Part shown: one piece after another, positions 62,271 to 64,000 of the stretch
Position numbering within the stretch: position 1 is the stretch's first letter
Layout: each line of letters starts with the position of its first letter
Source: Desulfuromonadales bacterium
GTDB taxonomy: Bacteria > Desulfobacterota > Desulfuromonadia > Desulfuromonadales > JACZKF01
Length of the DNA: 64,000 nucleotides
Assembly (NCBI GenBank): GCA_050485365.1
Contig: JBJHBH010000009.1
Location: 2,192 to 66,191 of the forward strand
Direction of reading: 5' to 3'
Made by a program: the position numbers and the translations under genes
The notes under the pieces: model-generated
Databases searched by the model: none
What the model was told of the DNA's origin: nothing
What the model saw: the letters and a program-made list of their open reading frames with translations, nothing else

Positions 62271-64000
<1,730 letters not shown>

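Overview
High-GC bacterial chromosome segment. Gene content points to Desulfuromonadales/Geobacter-like Thermodesulfobacteriota: a split F0 atpZIBE operon, cbcL, a cbcSTU-like operon, the ispD-ispF-glnS...cysS order and a GEMM riboswitch. In order it contains: a cobalamin-riboswitch-controlled btuBFCD uptake operon; an M23 peptidase; an APC permease plus a signal-peptide methyltransferase; exported MsrB and MsrA; a GEMM-I riboswitch upstream of a diguanylate cyclase; tRNA-Arg(UCG); F0 ATP synthase genes; a respiratory multiheme-cytochrome region; PLD/EEP genes; an ABC-2 exporter; UbiD; a MerA-like reductase; an acyl-CoA dehydrogenase; uvrB; cysS; a CheR-CheW-MCP-CheA-CheB cassette; glnS; ispFD; carD; an LppC-like protein; dnaJ; and partial dnaK. 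The best candidate for an undescribed system is absent from the ORF track: four tandem paralogous 44-48 aa hydrophobic peptide genes (29742-30509, minus strand, unit spacing 206/206/209 bp). Each has its own RBS and ends in PALA(F/Y)LASx(V/I)G, and they sit behind a perfect sigma54 promoter and an upstream palindrome. Other notable signals are an A20-type (predicted cGAMP-sensing) GEMM riboswitch in front of a canonical c-di-GMP synthase, a GAFTGA-less enhancer-binding protein and a catalytically dead IS1595-like protein upstream of cbcL, and an exact 27-bp duplication of a gene 3' end that brackets msrA. All calls come from motif recognition by eye; no database searches were run.
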